Shown here: positions 9,900 through 20,184 of the stretch, in pieces
Position numbering within the stretch: the first letter of the stretch is position 1
Layout: each line of letters begins with the position of its first letter
Assembly (NCBI GenBank): GCA_030740155.1
Contig: JASLXV010000032.1
Coordinates: forward strand, 64,001-128,000
Reading direction: 5' to 3'
DNA length: 64,000 nucleotides
From: Dehalococcoidia bacterium
GTDB taxonomy: Bacteria; Chloroflexota; Dehalococcoidia; Lucifugimonadales; UBA3495
Made by a program: the position numbers and the translations under genes
Notes under the pieces: model-generated
What the model was told of the DNA's origin: nothing
What the model saw: only the letters and a program-made list of their open reading frames with translations
The model's database searches: none

Positions 9900-11216
9900 G
9901 TGATAGGCGACCGGAGCCGCCGGAGGCTGGCCCAAGCGGTGCCTTTCTACTACGGCTGGATCGTCCTGACCGCGACTGCCCTCACCAGCTACTCTTCCAG
10001 GCCGCTGATGGCCGCCACCACGCTGTCGGTGTTCATGGTGCCGATGACCGAGCATTTTGGGTGGTCGCGGGGTCTCTTTGCTGGAGCGCTCAGCCTGGGC
10101 GGTCTGTGTGCCGTCGCCATTTCGCCGGTCGTGGGCAAGCTGATCGACCGTTACGGGTCCGGGGTGGTGCTGGCGGCCAGCGCGGCGGTGATTGGCTCCT
10201 GTTCCGTCGGTCTCTCCACCGTCAGCCACGTTTGGGCCTTCTACTCCCTGTACGTGCCGGCGCGAGCCCTGTTCGCCATACCGTTGGAGCTGGGCACGGC
10301 GACGGCGGTGAGCAACTGGTTCCTGCGCCGCCGGCCGTTAGCCTTGGCGGTTTTGAGCGTCACTCAGGGCACGGGGCTGGCGGCCATGCCCCTGATCGTT
10401 CAGGGCATCATCGGTGGCTGGAGCTGGCGGGTGGCCTGGGCGTCTCTGGGCCTGTTCACCATTACCGTAGCCGTGCTCCCGTCACTGTTGCTGATCGCCA
10501 GGAGGCCGGAGGATATGGGACTGGAGGCCGACCCCCGCCCGGCGAGGGCCGTCCTGCCGGTCGGAAGCCCTGCCGGCATTAGGCCGGCCGCCGGTGCGGC
10601 CCGCGCCGAGGCCGACTTCACGGTGGGCGAAGCCCTGCGCACCCGGGCGTTCTGGGCTTTGGCGGCCTTCGGCGCCGCCGCGTTCGTGGTGCAGGGAGGG
10701 GTTGTTCTGCACCAGGTGCCGCACTTCATCGACCAGGGTCTATCGGCGCCCGCGGCCGCCCTGACGTCCAGCACCTTCGCCTTCTCCCAGGTCCTGGGTG
10801 GGCTGGTATGGTCTATTTGGGCGAGACGCGTGCCGACCCGATTTCTTCTGTCTTTGACCGGCTTCTGCATCACTTTGGGGGCCATGGGGACCGCGGCAAG
10901 CGGGTCGTTGGGTTGGGGAATGGCGGCGGGCTCCGCTCTGGGGATTGGGATAGGCGGGGTCCACTTTCTACTCCGGCTGGTCTGGGCCGACTACTACGGC
11001 CGGACGAACCTGGCCAGCATCCGGGGCTTGACCCTTCCGGTCCAGATCGCGAGCCAGACGATCGGGCCGATCACCTCGGGGTACATTTTCGACACCACCG
11101 GCACCTATCGGTGGGCCTTCTTCGGATTCGGCTTCTTCGCATCCCTGGGCGCACTGCTGGTCCTGGCCGCCACTCCGCCAAAAAGGGTGCAACACAACGA
11201 TCCAAGGCTCCGCTAG
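9900..11216 (+). CDS. MFS transporter, tandem paralogue of the preceding gene
   Basis: Same motifs (FYYGW, GKLIDRYG, WADYYGRTNLASIRG); GTG 9900 follows GAGG. Confidence 0.88.
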   Translation: MIGDRSRRRLAQAVPFYYGWIVLTATALTSYSSRPLMAATTLSVFMVPMTEHFGWSRGLFAGALSLGGLCAVAISPVVGKLIDRYGSGVVLAASAAVIGSCSVGLSTVSHVWAFYSLYVPARALFAIPLELGTATAVSNWFLRRRPLALAVLSVTQGTGLAAMPLIVQGIIGGWSWRVAWASLGLFTITVAVLPSLLLIARRPEDMGLEADPRPARAVLPVGSPAGIRPAAGAARAEADFTVGEALRTRAFWALAAFGAAAFVVQGGVVLHQVPHFIDQGLSAPAAALTSSTFAFSQVLGGLVWSIWARRVPTRFLLSLTGFCITLGAMGTAASGSLGWGMAAGSALGIGIGGVHFLLRLVWADYYGRTNLASIRGLTLPVQIASQTIGPITSGYIFDTTGTYRWAFFGFGFFASLGALLVLAATPPKRVQHNDPRLR

Positions 11217-11341
11217 ATTTATCCGAAAGCGCGGGCCCGACGAATGCGTTGGCCCGTAAGATCGACCTTGCAGCCGGCGGTCATGAACCCCTGTTTGGAG
11301 CCACCCTCAATACCGTTTCGGTTAGGCCATTCCGTGATGGT

Positions 11342-12553
11342 TCAACCCTGCACCACTCCGGCACGGCCAAGCTGGCTGATCGCTTCTTCGCCGTAGCCAA
11401 GCTCCCGGAGCACCTCGCCGGTGTGTTCGCCGAGGAGAGGGGCATGGGTGCGGGCGGTCATTGGAGTCTTGCTGAGCTTGATGGGCAGCCCGAAGAAGGT
11501 GCTGGCGCCCATCTCCGGGTGCTCCAACTCGAACACCAGCCCGTTGTCCCGAAGATGGGTGTCTTCGGTGCATATCTCCTGGAAGTTGCGAGCGGGCACC
11601 ACCCACTGACCGTGCTCCCGGAGCAGCGGTATCCACTCGTCCCGGGTCTTCTGCAATAGAGCGTCCCGGACGATGGCCTTGAGTTCTACCCGGTGCTCCC
11701 AGCGCCGGTCCATGCCGTCAAACCTGGGGTCTTCGAGTAATTCGGGCTGGCCGATGGCTCCGCAGAACAGCTTCCAGGGCTCATCTCGCGAGGTCGAGAT
11801 GGCCATCTCCTTGCCGTCCTTGGTCTCCCACACGCCGTAAGGGGGCACGGAATGGGGTGACCCAGTCTCGGCTTTGGGGGGAATCACTTGGGTTCCCATG
11901 TAGAGGGAGACCTGCTGGGGAAACAAGGCCATGAGGGAGGCGAAAAGCGAGGTCTGCACCTCCTGGCCCTCGCCGGTCTTCTCCCTGGCGTGCAGGGCGG
12001 CCAGCACGCCAAAGGCGGTGATTATGCCGGTCACCGCGTCCGCGATGGCGTCGCCCGCGGGCACGGACACCCGGTCGGAGTATCCGGTGATGCTCATGAG
12101 GCCGGTCATGGCCTGAAGTTGGAGGTCTTGTCCGGGCAGGTCCTTGTAAGGCCCCTTGTCGCCAAACCCGGTAATGGAAGCGTGGACGAGCCTGGGGTTG
12201 ATCGGACTCAGCTGCTTATAGCTGAGGCCCAACTTTTCGACGGTCGTCGCCCGCAGGTTTACGAGCAAGACGTCGGCCCGCTCGACCAGCTTGTTGATGA
12301 TGAGGCGGCCTTCTTCGGTGGACAGGTCGACGGCGATGGCACGCTTGTTCCGGTTGACCGACATGAAGAGATAGTTTAGCTTGCCGTCCTTCATAATCGT
12401 CGGCGGGCCGGACCTCATCCGGTCTCCATGGCCGGTGGCTTCCACCTTGATGACCTCGGCGCCCATGTCGCTGAGCCACTGGGCGCAGTACGGACCAGCG
12501 TACATGTGGGTAATGTCCACCACCCTGATGCCGTCCAAGAGTCCTTCACTCAT
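11342..12553 (-). CDS. CaiB/BaiF family III CoA-transferase
   Basis: LDGIRVVD..AGPY..L.DMGAEVIKVE, NRNKR, SITGFG..GPY, catalytic D in AIADAVTG, APLLGEHT. Confidence 0.93.
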   Translation of the reverse strand: MSEGLLDGIRVVDITHMYAGPYCAQWLSDMGAEVIKVEATGHGDRMRSGPPTIMKDGKLNYLFMSVNRNKRAIAVDLSTEEGRLIINKLVERADVLLVNLRATTVEKLGLSYKQLSPINPRLVHASITGFGDKGPYKDLPGQDLQLQAMTGLMSITGYSDRVSVPAGDAIADAVTGIITAFGVLAALHAREKTGEGQEVQTSLFASLMALFPQQVSLYMGTQVIPPKAETGSPHSVPPYGVWETKDGKEMAISTSRDEPWKLFCGAIGQPELLEDPRFDGMDRRWEHRVELKAIVRDALLQKTRDEWIPLLREHGQWVVPARNFQEICTEDTHLRDNGLVFELEHPEMGASTFFGLPIKLSKTPMTARTHAPLLGEHTGEVLRELGYGEEAISQLGRAGVVQG

Positions 12554-13115
12554 TATCAAAACACCTTGCCGTTGCGCCGGGATTCCCCCGATCGAATTGG
12601 GTGCAGAGAGGGTGCACCGGTTACTGGCTGACCATAACACCGGCCTTTTGCGCCGTCAATCTTGATTCGGCCCCGAGGCAATGTTGGCCGTGCGATCGCC
12701 CTACATCGCCGCCGTGCCGGCATCATAGGACCTCTGCGATAACGGGATGAATCTGGGGTCGTACTACCTGCGAGAGGGGAAGCGGCGTGAGCTATTGGCG
12801 TCGACCCCCGCCCGAAACCAACTGGTGAAGGTGTAAATCCGGGCTTGGACCGAACCACCGCCCGTCAGGCGCGGGACCGATGTCCGGCTATCTGCGCCGG
12901 TTTACAAGATTGGGGCCCTGATCTTGCGAGTATCAGAGCCTCGAGCGCCGGTAGGCGAGGCCCAGTCGCCAGGATCGGATTTGGCGGCACATCTAGAAGT
13001 GGCTAGGCAGGAAGCCGCCGGAGGTTGGGGTTAGAGTATACTGGCAACTGTTCGCGCATCATATCGCTGGGGCGGTGTCATACCGGATTCAGGGCAGCGC
13101 CCGGGAGGCTGAGTC

Positions 13116-14510
13116 ATGGCAACAGCATCAAAAACGCGCACCGACGAGGTGGTAGCTCTTTGTGGTTGCTCTTTGACACACGGGCCCGGTGGTTCTGAGG
13201 AACTTTTTCAGATGGGTTTGGATCTAGACCCGGACTTTGTTGCTCAGGACGCCGGTAGTTGCGACTGCGGTCCGGCGTTCCTTGGTTCCGGAGAGCCAAT
13301 GGGTACGCGCATTGGGCTCAAACAATCCTTGGACATCATGGTTCGTGGCACCCGGGCCAAGAACATACCTTTGATCATCGGATCGGTGGGGATTGCCGGG
13401 GCGTGGCCCCAGGTTCTCCTGTTTCGGGACATCATCGAAGAGGTGGCCCGGGAACAGGGCCTCCACTTCCGAATTGCTCTTATCAACTCCGATGTCGACA
13501 AGGGGTGGCTAAAAGGGAAGGTACGCGCCGGGAAGGTGAAACCGCTGGCGGTCGTGCCACCTCTGACTGAAGGCGAAGTGGAGCGCTCGTGCCGGATCGT
13601 AGCGATGATGGGAGTGGAGCCGATCATCCAGGCGTTGGAGGGTGGGGCCGACGTGATAGTTGCCGGCCGGTCCAGTGACTCGGCCCTATTCGCCGCCATT
13701 CCAATCATGCGAGGATTCGACCCCGGGTTTGCCTGGCACGCGGGTAAGATTATCGAGTGTGGCGCGTTGTGCACGCAGCCGGTGGAGGGCGTGACCACTT
13801 CTGTTTTGGCTCGTATCCGGAAAGACCACTTCGTTATCGAGCCCACCCACCCGGAGGGGCTGTGCACCGTGCCGCGGGTCGCCGCCCATACTCTCTATGA
13901 AAACCTCGACCCATATCTGATGCCGGAGCCGGGAGCAATCACGGACGCGTCGGAATCCGAGTTTGAGCAGGTACGCAACGGGGTCAAGGTAAGCGGAAGC
14001 CGGCACATCCCCCAACCCTACACCGTCAAGCTAGAGGGGGCAGAGATGGTCGGGTACCGAACGATCACCATCGCTTCGATAAGAGATCCCTACTTGCTGA
14101 GCCGGATAGATGAGTTCCTGGAGCGAGGAGAGGCGTACGTTCACCGTGGGGTGGCGGGACTGGGCATCTCCTCCGACGACTACAAGTTCTTCTACAGGGT
14201 CTACGGGAAAGGCGACGAAACCATGAGGCCATGGAACCTCAAGGAGGTGGCTACCTCACCCAGGGAGGTGTGCATCATCGGAGAGTGCATCGCCAAGACC
14301 CAGGAGATGGCCAAGACTGTGATGAATTTCGGGCACCTCAGTCTGCTCCATCAGCAATTTCCGGGGCAACTGTGCTCGGCGGGAAGCGCGGCTTTCCCTT
14401 TTTCTCCCCACGATATCGATATGGGTGCGGCGTACCGGTTCAATATATGGCACGTCGTGGAGCTGGACGATCCCTTGGAGACGTTCTCCATCGAGATGGT
14501 GGACGTGTAA
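13116..14510 (+). CDS. AtuA/DUF1446 family protein (copy 1)
   Basis: DAGSCDCGP..LG, IIGS.G.AG, MG.EP, ADVIVAGRSSD, WHAGKIIECGA, HTLYEN.DP, YTVKLEG. Confidence 0.88.
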   Translation: MATASKTRTDEVVALCGCSLTHGPGGSEELFQMGLDLDPDFVAQDAGSCDCGPAFLGSGEPMGTRIGLKQSLDIMVRGTRAKNIPLIIGSVGIAGAWPQVLLFRDIIEEVAREQGLHFRIALINSDVDKGWLKGKVRAGKVKPLAVVPPLTEGEVERSCRIVAMMGVEPIIQALEGGADVIVAGRSSDSALFAAIPIMRGFDPGFAWHAGKIIECGALCTQPVEGVTTSVLARIRKDHFVIEPTHPEGLCTVPRVAAHTLYENLDPYLMPEPGAITDASESEFEQVRNGVKVSGSRHIPQPYTVKLEGAEMVGYRTITIASIRDPYLLSRIDEFLERGEAYVHRGVAGLGISSDDYKFFYRVYGKGDETMRPWNLKEVATSPREVCIIGECIAKTQEMAKTVMNFGHLSLLHQQFPGQLCSAGSAAFPFSPHDIDMGAAYRFNIWHVVELDDPLETFSIEMVDV

Positions 14511-14586
14511 GCTGCGGAGAAGCCCGTGAGCCTACGTGCCCACCCCGCGTATGTCGAAGCCGGGAAGGGCCGAAAAGGATGAAAAG

Positions 14587-14901
14587 ATGTCCAAGAAGCT
14601 AGGAGAGATCACCAGAATTCTACGCAGCAAGAACGCCGGAGCATTCTACGTGACCTTTGACATTATCTTCGACAACCGGGAGAGCTTCGACGAGGTAGAA
14701 GCCACCGGGGTCATCAACGAGGAGCTGTTTGCCCGTTTGTACGGCGTGCCCAAAGAGCAGTGCAAGCTGGTCACGTTTCCTCGCGCATCGGCCTTCAAAT
14801 GCAGTATGCCCCGTCCAATGCCCGCGGGAGACATCGGAGATACCGATGTCTACGGTTGTCAGTGGCACACCCCGCTGCTGGACGTCGAGATTCCCATCTA
14901 A
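14587..14901 (+). CDS. DUF4387 family protein (copy 1)
   Basis: LRSKNAGAFYVTFDIIF, GD.GDTDVYGCQWH.PL. Confidence 0.88.
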   Translation: MSKKLGEITRILRSKNAGAFYVTFDIIFDNRESFDEVEATGVINEELFARLYGVPKEQCKLVTFPRASAFKCSMPRPMPAGDIGDTDVYGCQWHTPLLDVEIPI

Positions 14902-14916
14902 CGGCTGAAGGGCGCC

Positions 14917-15030
14917 TCAGGTAAACCGGTCCGGCCGGTACCCGCCCAGCATCTCCACCGTGGCGCCCTCGACGATCCCCAGGGTGGCCGGTTCCCCCAT
15001 CGGAGGGACCGGGGTGACGCCGCTGGCGTC
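14917..15030 (-). pseudogene. Remnant: C-terminus of a DAO-family FAD oxidoreductase
   Basis: Minus frame reads GVTPVPPMGEPATLGIVEGATVEMLGGYRPDRFT*, resembling the HSGVTLAP..G..A..I..G....L..YRP.RF tail; no N-terminal part. Confidence 0.45.
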
Positions 15031-15120
15031 TGGCAAAGCTTGAGGGTTTCCCCGGTGCGCACGTAGGCAAGGGCGTGGAATTGGCTTCGCTCTCGACCCC
15101 GGCGCACCGGGTTGTCTGGC

Positions 15121-15990
15121 TTAACCGAGGTGTCGATGGACGAACGCGCTCATCTGCTCGAGTGCCTGTTTGGCAACCGGCGAAGAGAGATCTCGCAGCA
15201 GACCCTCGCCCTCCCCCTCGAAGACGGTCACGTCGATCTGGCCGCCAGCCTTGCGGTACTGCCGGACGAACTCATCGCGATCTGGGGCCGGATGCGCCTC
15301 CTCGTAGCTGCGTGATACCCACAACGCGGGCGGCAGGGCCGTGCGTTCTCCACGGTCGAGGATGCGGGCCGGGGCCGCCTCGGCCATGGCCTCTTCCGTC
15401 TGCCAGTACTGGTCATGCATGGGCACCACCCGGTCGGCCAACCCCGCGGGCGGGGTGCAGTCCTGTCGCAGGCCTTTGGCATAGTGATAGCGCCCCAGCG
15501 GGTCGATCACGGGAGAGCACAGGATCACGCAGCCCAGGGCGCCATCCACCGCCGCGGCGCCTGCCGGGAGTGACAGCGCAGCGTAGCGTGGATCGTCCGG
15601 GCGCATGCCGATCAGCATAGCCTGGTGTCCACCACTGGAAGTGCCCATGGCGCCGATCCGGTCCGGGCGGCCGTTCCACGCGGCGGCCTGGGTCTTGCAC
15701 CAACGAATCCCGTAGTGGATGTCGGCCAGAGAGGCCGGGTACGATGCTTCCGGCGGCACTCGAAAATCCAGTGCCGCCACTATCACACCATTCTTGGCCA
15801 GCGCTTCGTTGGCCGCGTCGCCGTTCTGGCGATTTCCCCGGACCCAGGCCCCGCCATGCAACTCGACCATGATTGGGAACGGTCCGGTGCCGCGTGGTCT
15901 GAAGAGACGCGCCAGTAGGGGTGTAGCGCCATGACGGAGGTATTCTACGTCCAAGACGTCGATTTCATACGTTTGCGTGCTGGCAGTCAT
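15121..15990 (-). CDS. Alpha/beta hydrolase (HSL/Aes-like)
   Basis: HGGAW, DFRVPPE..YP..L.D, GTSSGG. Confidence 0.85.
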   Translation of the reverse strand: MTASTQTYEIDVLDVEYLRHGATPLLARLFRPRGTGPFPIMVELHGGAWVRGNRQNGDAANEALAKNGVIVAALDFRVPPEASYPASLADIHYGIRWCKTQAAAWNGRPDRIGAMGTSSGGHQAMLIGMRPDDPRYAALSLPAGAAAVDGALGCVILCSPVIDPLGRYHYAKGLRQDCTPPAGLADRVVPMHDQYWQTEEAMAEAAPARILDRGERTALPPALWVSRSYEEAHPAPDRDEFVRQYRKAGGQIDVTVFEGEGEGLLRDLSSPVAKQALEQMSAFVHRHLG

Positions 15991-16229
15991 ACGAAACTCC
16001 TCTTCTTAGTGGGTCATAGGTATTGGTGGCTTAGATTACAGGCTGCGGGCCTCTCCGTCAAGACGACGAGTTGACTCACGGTAGGTTGAAGATTGTAATC
16101 TCGGGCCATCGCTTCTTGACGGCCTCCAGGAGCCCTTCCACCCGGTGGGCATCGTCCAGCTCATTTCGTCGGATATGCGGATGTGGGTCACCGCTTGCCC
16201 CGCCTTGGGTGTGGACCGGCAACAATCCG

Positions 16230-17060
16230 CTAGCGGTTCTGGAAATTTGCCACCCGCTTCTCGGCGAAGGCCTTGGGTCCTTCCAGCGAATCTTCCATCC
16301 CCCGCAGGTTGTATTCCAGCGCGGCAGCGAAGGCTTGAGCTTCCGGCGTGCTCATGGAATAACAGCGGTGAACGAGTTCGTTGAAGTTACGCACCGAACG
16401 CGGCGCCATCCTTCCGATCGTCCGCGCCCAATCGATGGCCTCGTCCATGAGCCGCTCCTTCGGTACGACTTTATTCACCAGGCCGACCTCATAGGCCCGC
16501 TGAGCCGTGAACCTGCGATCAGCCATGATGCAGAACTCCAGCGCGGTCCCAATTCCCACCAGCCGCGTCAGTGTGGATACAAAGCCCGCTCCCTGGTTCC
16601 AGCGCGCCTCGGCTATGTTCATCTCGGCATGTTCCGCGGCGATCCGGAACGTGCAATGTTGGGCCACGGACCAACCTCCGGCAATCGCGTAGCCGTTGAT
16701 AGCAGCGATGGTCGGCTTCCAACAGCCAAGCTTCTCGCCGATGGGGACCACGGTTTGCCGGCGATGTCGATACGGGGCGTCTCCGCCCTCCTCCTCTAGC
16801 TCCGCGCGAATTTTCAGATCCTGCCCTGCGGAGAACGCCCGGTCGCCGGCCCCGGTCACGATAGCGACCCAGCAGTTATCGTCATCCGCGAAGGTCGTCC
16901 ACGCTTCCACCCAACGCTTCGCCATCCCCGGATCGCTGGAATTCAGGCGGTCCGGACGGTTCATGGTGATGATTGCGATTCTTCCGTCGTCTATGGTCTC
17001 GTACAATAGCTCCTGGTGCGGCCAACCGGCCAGTGGCGTCCTGACGACAGGCTCCGACAT
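16230..17060 (-). CDS. Enoyl-CoA hydratase/isomerase family protein
   Basis: MNRPDRLN, TGAGDRAFSAGQDL, KPTIAAINGYAIAGG, EGPKAFAEKR; ATG 17060 follows GGAGG. Confidence 0.92.
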   Translation of the reverse strand: MSEPVVRTPLAGWPHQELLYETIDDGRIAIITMNRPDRLNSSDPGMAKRWVEAWTTFADDDNCWVAIVTGAGDRAFSAGQDLKIRAELEEEGGDAPYRHRRQTVVPIGEKLGCWKPTIAAINGYAIAGGWSVAQHCTFRIAAEHAEMNIAEARWNQGAGFVSTLTRLVGIGTALEFCIMADRRFTAQRAYEVGLVNKVVPKERLMDEAIDWARTIGRMAPRSVRNFNELVHRCYSMSTPEAQAFAAALEYNLRGMEDSLEGPKAFAEKRVANFQNR

Positions 17061-17144
17061 TCCTGCACCTCCATATTTGGCTTCTGTCACGAGGCGGCCG
17101 GGACTCCCGAGTCCGACGAGTTCCGGCCTGCCCGGATGCCGTGG

Positions 17145-17173
17145 ACTATAGAACGGCACACCGAGCGCGTCAA
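17145..17173 (-). promoter_or_regulatory. Putative sigma70 promoter (copy 1 of duplicated module)
   Basis: TTGACG-17 nt-TATAGT. Confidence 0.65.
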
Positions 17174-17564
17174 CCGTCCTCACATTCAATCAATTGCCGA
17201 TTCTCACGGGATGTCCATCTCCCGGCCGAGCGCAAGAGCCCGGGGCCGCCTGCCACTGTCCAACGCTATCCGCGAATAGTGGTGGCGATTTACCAGCGGA
17301 ACACTCGGAGCACGGCGGGGTCCTCGCTGGGATTGGCCCCAGTCCCGTCCATCTGATGGGGTCCACCTCAGTCCCGGTTCGTCCGGCTCGGCTTCAAACC
17401 GTACATCCGGGAGGGTAGACCTGCGCCCGAATGACGTGCGCCGGGCCATCCGGGCGGCCAAGCTCGGCGACAGCCCGGAGGAGGTCGACCAGTTTGAGGG
17501 CGAGGTGCAAGAGATGACAGATGGCGATGACGGGTGTGGTGGTGGGAATCATCTCTAGGCAAAG

Positions 17565-18242
17565 CTAGCGCCTCTTGTTGATCATCAGCACCACTGGCTG
17601 ACCAGACTCTTGGGCGATCTCCCTGACTGCCGGGCGGCGCAACTCGGGTAACGCCTGCCGCACCACGTAGACCGCCGTCCTCATGAACACCACCGTGATC
17701 AGCAGGCCCACGGCCAGGTCTGGCCACATGGAGCCGGTGGCAAAGACAGCGGCGGCGGCCCCCAAGACTCCCAGGTTGGCTATGATGTCGTTGCGGGAAC
17801 ACAGCCAGGTAGAACGCATATTTAGGTCATCATTGCGGTGTCGCGTCAGCAGGAGCAAACAGGTGACATTGGCCGCCAAAGCCAGCGCTCCGGTAAGTCC
17901 CATCAACCGGAAATTTGGGACCTCTGGCGAGATGAGGTGATAGCCCGCCTGGGACAGCACCATCAAACCAAAACCCGCCATGATGACGCCTTTCATCAAG
18001 GCCGCGCCGGCCCGCCAGCGAGTGCTGCGGCCCACCACATACAGGCTGAACCCATAGACCAGGGCATCCCCCAGCATGTCCAGGGAGTCGGCCAGCAAGG
18101 CCGTGGAACCGGCCAGCAGCCCGAGAATCAGTTCCAGGCCAAACATGCCTCCGTTGATCCCCAGAACGATCCACAGAGTCCTGGATTGGCGGACCCGTAG
18201 CGCCTCCAGTTCACAAGCTTTGTCCTGACAGCAGCTATCCAT
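17565..18242 (-). CDS. Cation diffusion facilitator-type (Co/Zn/Cd) cation transporter, short form
   Basis: N-terminal DSCC..C, STALLADSLDMLGDA, DLNMRSTWLCSRND, WPDL. Confidence 0.88.
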   Translation of the reverse strand: MDSCCQDKACELEALRVRQSRTLWIVLGINGGMFGLELILGLLAGSTALLADSLDMLGDALVYGFSLYVVGRSTRWRAGAALMKGVIMAGFGLMVLSQAGYHLISPEVPNFRLMGLTGALALAANVTCLLLLTRHRNDDLNMRSTWLCSRNDIIANLGVLGAAAAVFATGSMWPDLAVGLLITVVFMRTAVYVVRQALPELRRPAVREIAQESGQPVVLMINKRR

Positions 18243-18369
18243 CGGCTCCCGTCCCTTTACCGGCCTCCTGCGATCTTGAGATTCCCCAACAGCGGCGGCT
18301 CAATGCCTCAGCTTGTATTCCCCGAATCAACCTGATCAACCTGAACTTGCGCCCTCTTGGATGGCTCGG

Positions 18370-18398
18370 ACTATAGTACGGCGCACCGAGCGCGTCAA
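18370..18398 (-). promoter_or_regulatory. Putative sigma70 promoter (copy 2 of duplicated module)
   Basis: TTGACG-17 nt-TATAGT. Confidence 0.65.
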
Positions 18399-19232
18399 CA
18401 GGCATCCGATTCGCCGAAGTGGCCGATTCTCCTGAGGTAGCTAGCTCCTGCCCCGCGCGAAGAATCCGGAATTGCTTGCCGCTGCCCAACACGACGGGCG
18501 AATGGAGTTGGCGAGAATCCTCATAATGCTCCGGCAGTCCTTCGCAAGTTATGCCCGAGGTCTCCGAGGACGAGCAAGCGGAACCCGTTCGATCCGGTGG
18601 TTCGATCCAAGATCATGAGGACCGGCGGTCGATGGGCAAGCGCCTCGCGTCCTGGCAGGTCGGCATCGGCAATCCAGTTGAAGTCCGGCGGTGCGGAAAC
18701 TCGAGCGGCTCCCGGTCAACGATCCTCTAATCGTGTTACCGAAACCCTTTACTTATTGCCGAGTGTCAAATGAAGATAACCGGAGGCGGCTCTACGCATT
18801 ACCGGAAACGAGGGTCCTATTCACTCGCGGCAAGTGGCCAAGAAAGACTGAAAAAGTACGAAGTTTGCCAAAGAAACCGGCAAGTCAGCCGCCCATCGCG
18901 GCGACGCTGGGACTTGACGACCGATGGGTCTTGGATTCAAAGTGATGCCGACACTCCCGCTCGCAATTCCGGCTAAGAGGGGCAAATGGGGGATTTGTTC
19001 CATGGACCAGCGTTAAGGGGGACATCGATGGCTGGCCGGGAGCCCGCGCCCCGGTTAGACTCGAAGAAGGGCCTGTAGCTTGGGAAATCAAAGGGATTCT
19101 TAACGGACGGTAACGCGCATGCCGAAGCGTCGGCGCCGGACCAAGCGGCCTAAGGGTTGAAGCAGCGGTAAGCACCTAGCTGGTGTCGCGACCACAAACC
19201 AAACACTTGTGAACCGGAAAGGGGGAAATACG

Positions 19233-20087
19233 ATGGCAACTCGGACCACCACAATTGACTCACAAGTACATGCTTTCGAACGGAATCGTCCCGAGCGTCC
19301 TTGGATCGGATTCTTAACGGGTCCGGATGAGGTCACCGGCGGCGACATGGTGGCGGCGATGGACGCGGTCGGCGTCGACGGGGCCGTGCTGGTTTCGCCA
19401 TTCAGTTTGTATCGCTACGATCCCAGCTACATACTCGAGGTATACGCGACACATCCGGGCCGCTTCGGCTTGATCAAACCATTCGATCCGCGGTCGAAAA
19501 CGGTCGCCGACGAAATTGCCGAGTGGGCGGGGACACCAGGGGTGGTCGGGGCCCGCATGATGCTCACGGCCCAGGAATTCGAAGCGGACGACCCGGGTCT
19601 CAATCGGATACTCGACGCCGTTGCCAAAGCCGGCATTCCGGTGAATGTCATGTGCTCGGGCAAACTGCCTCTCTTCCGTGAACTGGCACGCCGCCATCCG
19701 GACACCCGGATGGTGGTCGATCATGTGGGTCTGATCCAACCCTTCGAGCCACCGGTGCCGCCAGAACCGTTCGGCGATCTGGCCAATGTGCTCTCGCTGG
19801 CGGCATACGATAACGTGGCCATCAAGATATCCGGAGCCTGTACCCTGTCCCATCAGCCCTTCCCGTACCCGGACATCTGGGAGCCTCTGGGCAAGGTGTT
19901 CGACGCGTTCGGTCTCGACCGATGCATGTGGGGCACCGATTGGACCCGGGCGGTGGAGTTCTTGACCTACGAGCAGGGCGTTGAGGCGTTTCGGGTCACG
20001 GACCGGCTCTCGGAATCGGAGCGTTCCACGCTCATGGGCGGGACCCTCGCGAAGATTTACAACTGGTCGCCGGAGACGGGCGGGTAG
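19233..20087 (+). CDS. Amidohydrolase family 2 protein
   Basis: IDSQVH, VVDHVG, NVAIKISG, FG.DRCMWGTDW. Confidence 0.9.
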   Translation: MATRTTTIDSQVHAFERNRPERPWIGFLTGPDEVTGGDMVAAMDAVGVDGAVLVSPFSLYRYDPSYILEVYATHPGRFGLIKPFDPRSKTVADEIAEWAGTPGVVGARMMLTAQEFEADDPGLNRILDAVAKAGIPVNVMCSGKLPLFRELARRHPDTRMVVDHVGLIQPFEPPVPPEPFGDLANVLSLAAYDNVAIKISGACTLSHQPFPYPDIWEPLGKVFDAFGLDRCMWGTDWTRAVEFLTYEQGVEAFRVTDRLSESERSTLMGGTLAKIYNWSPETGG

Positions 20088-20184
20088 TCTGGTATTCGAT
20101 GTCGCTCAGTTGATACCCTGTTTCGTGGGTCCAGACCGGATGGTCACGATATGCCGATCCCATTCGTCGCTACTGGAGGCAGTT

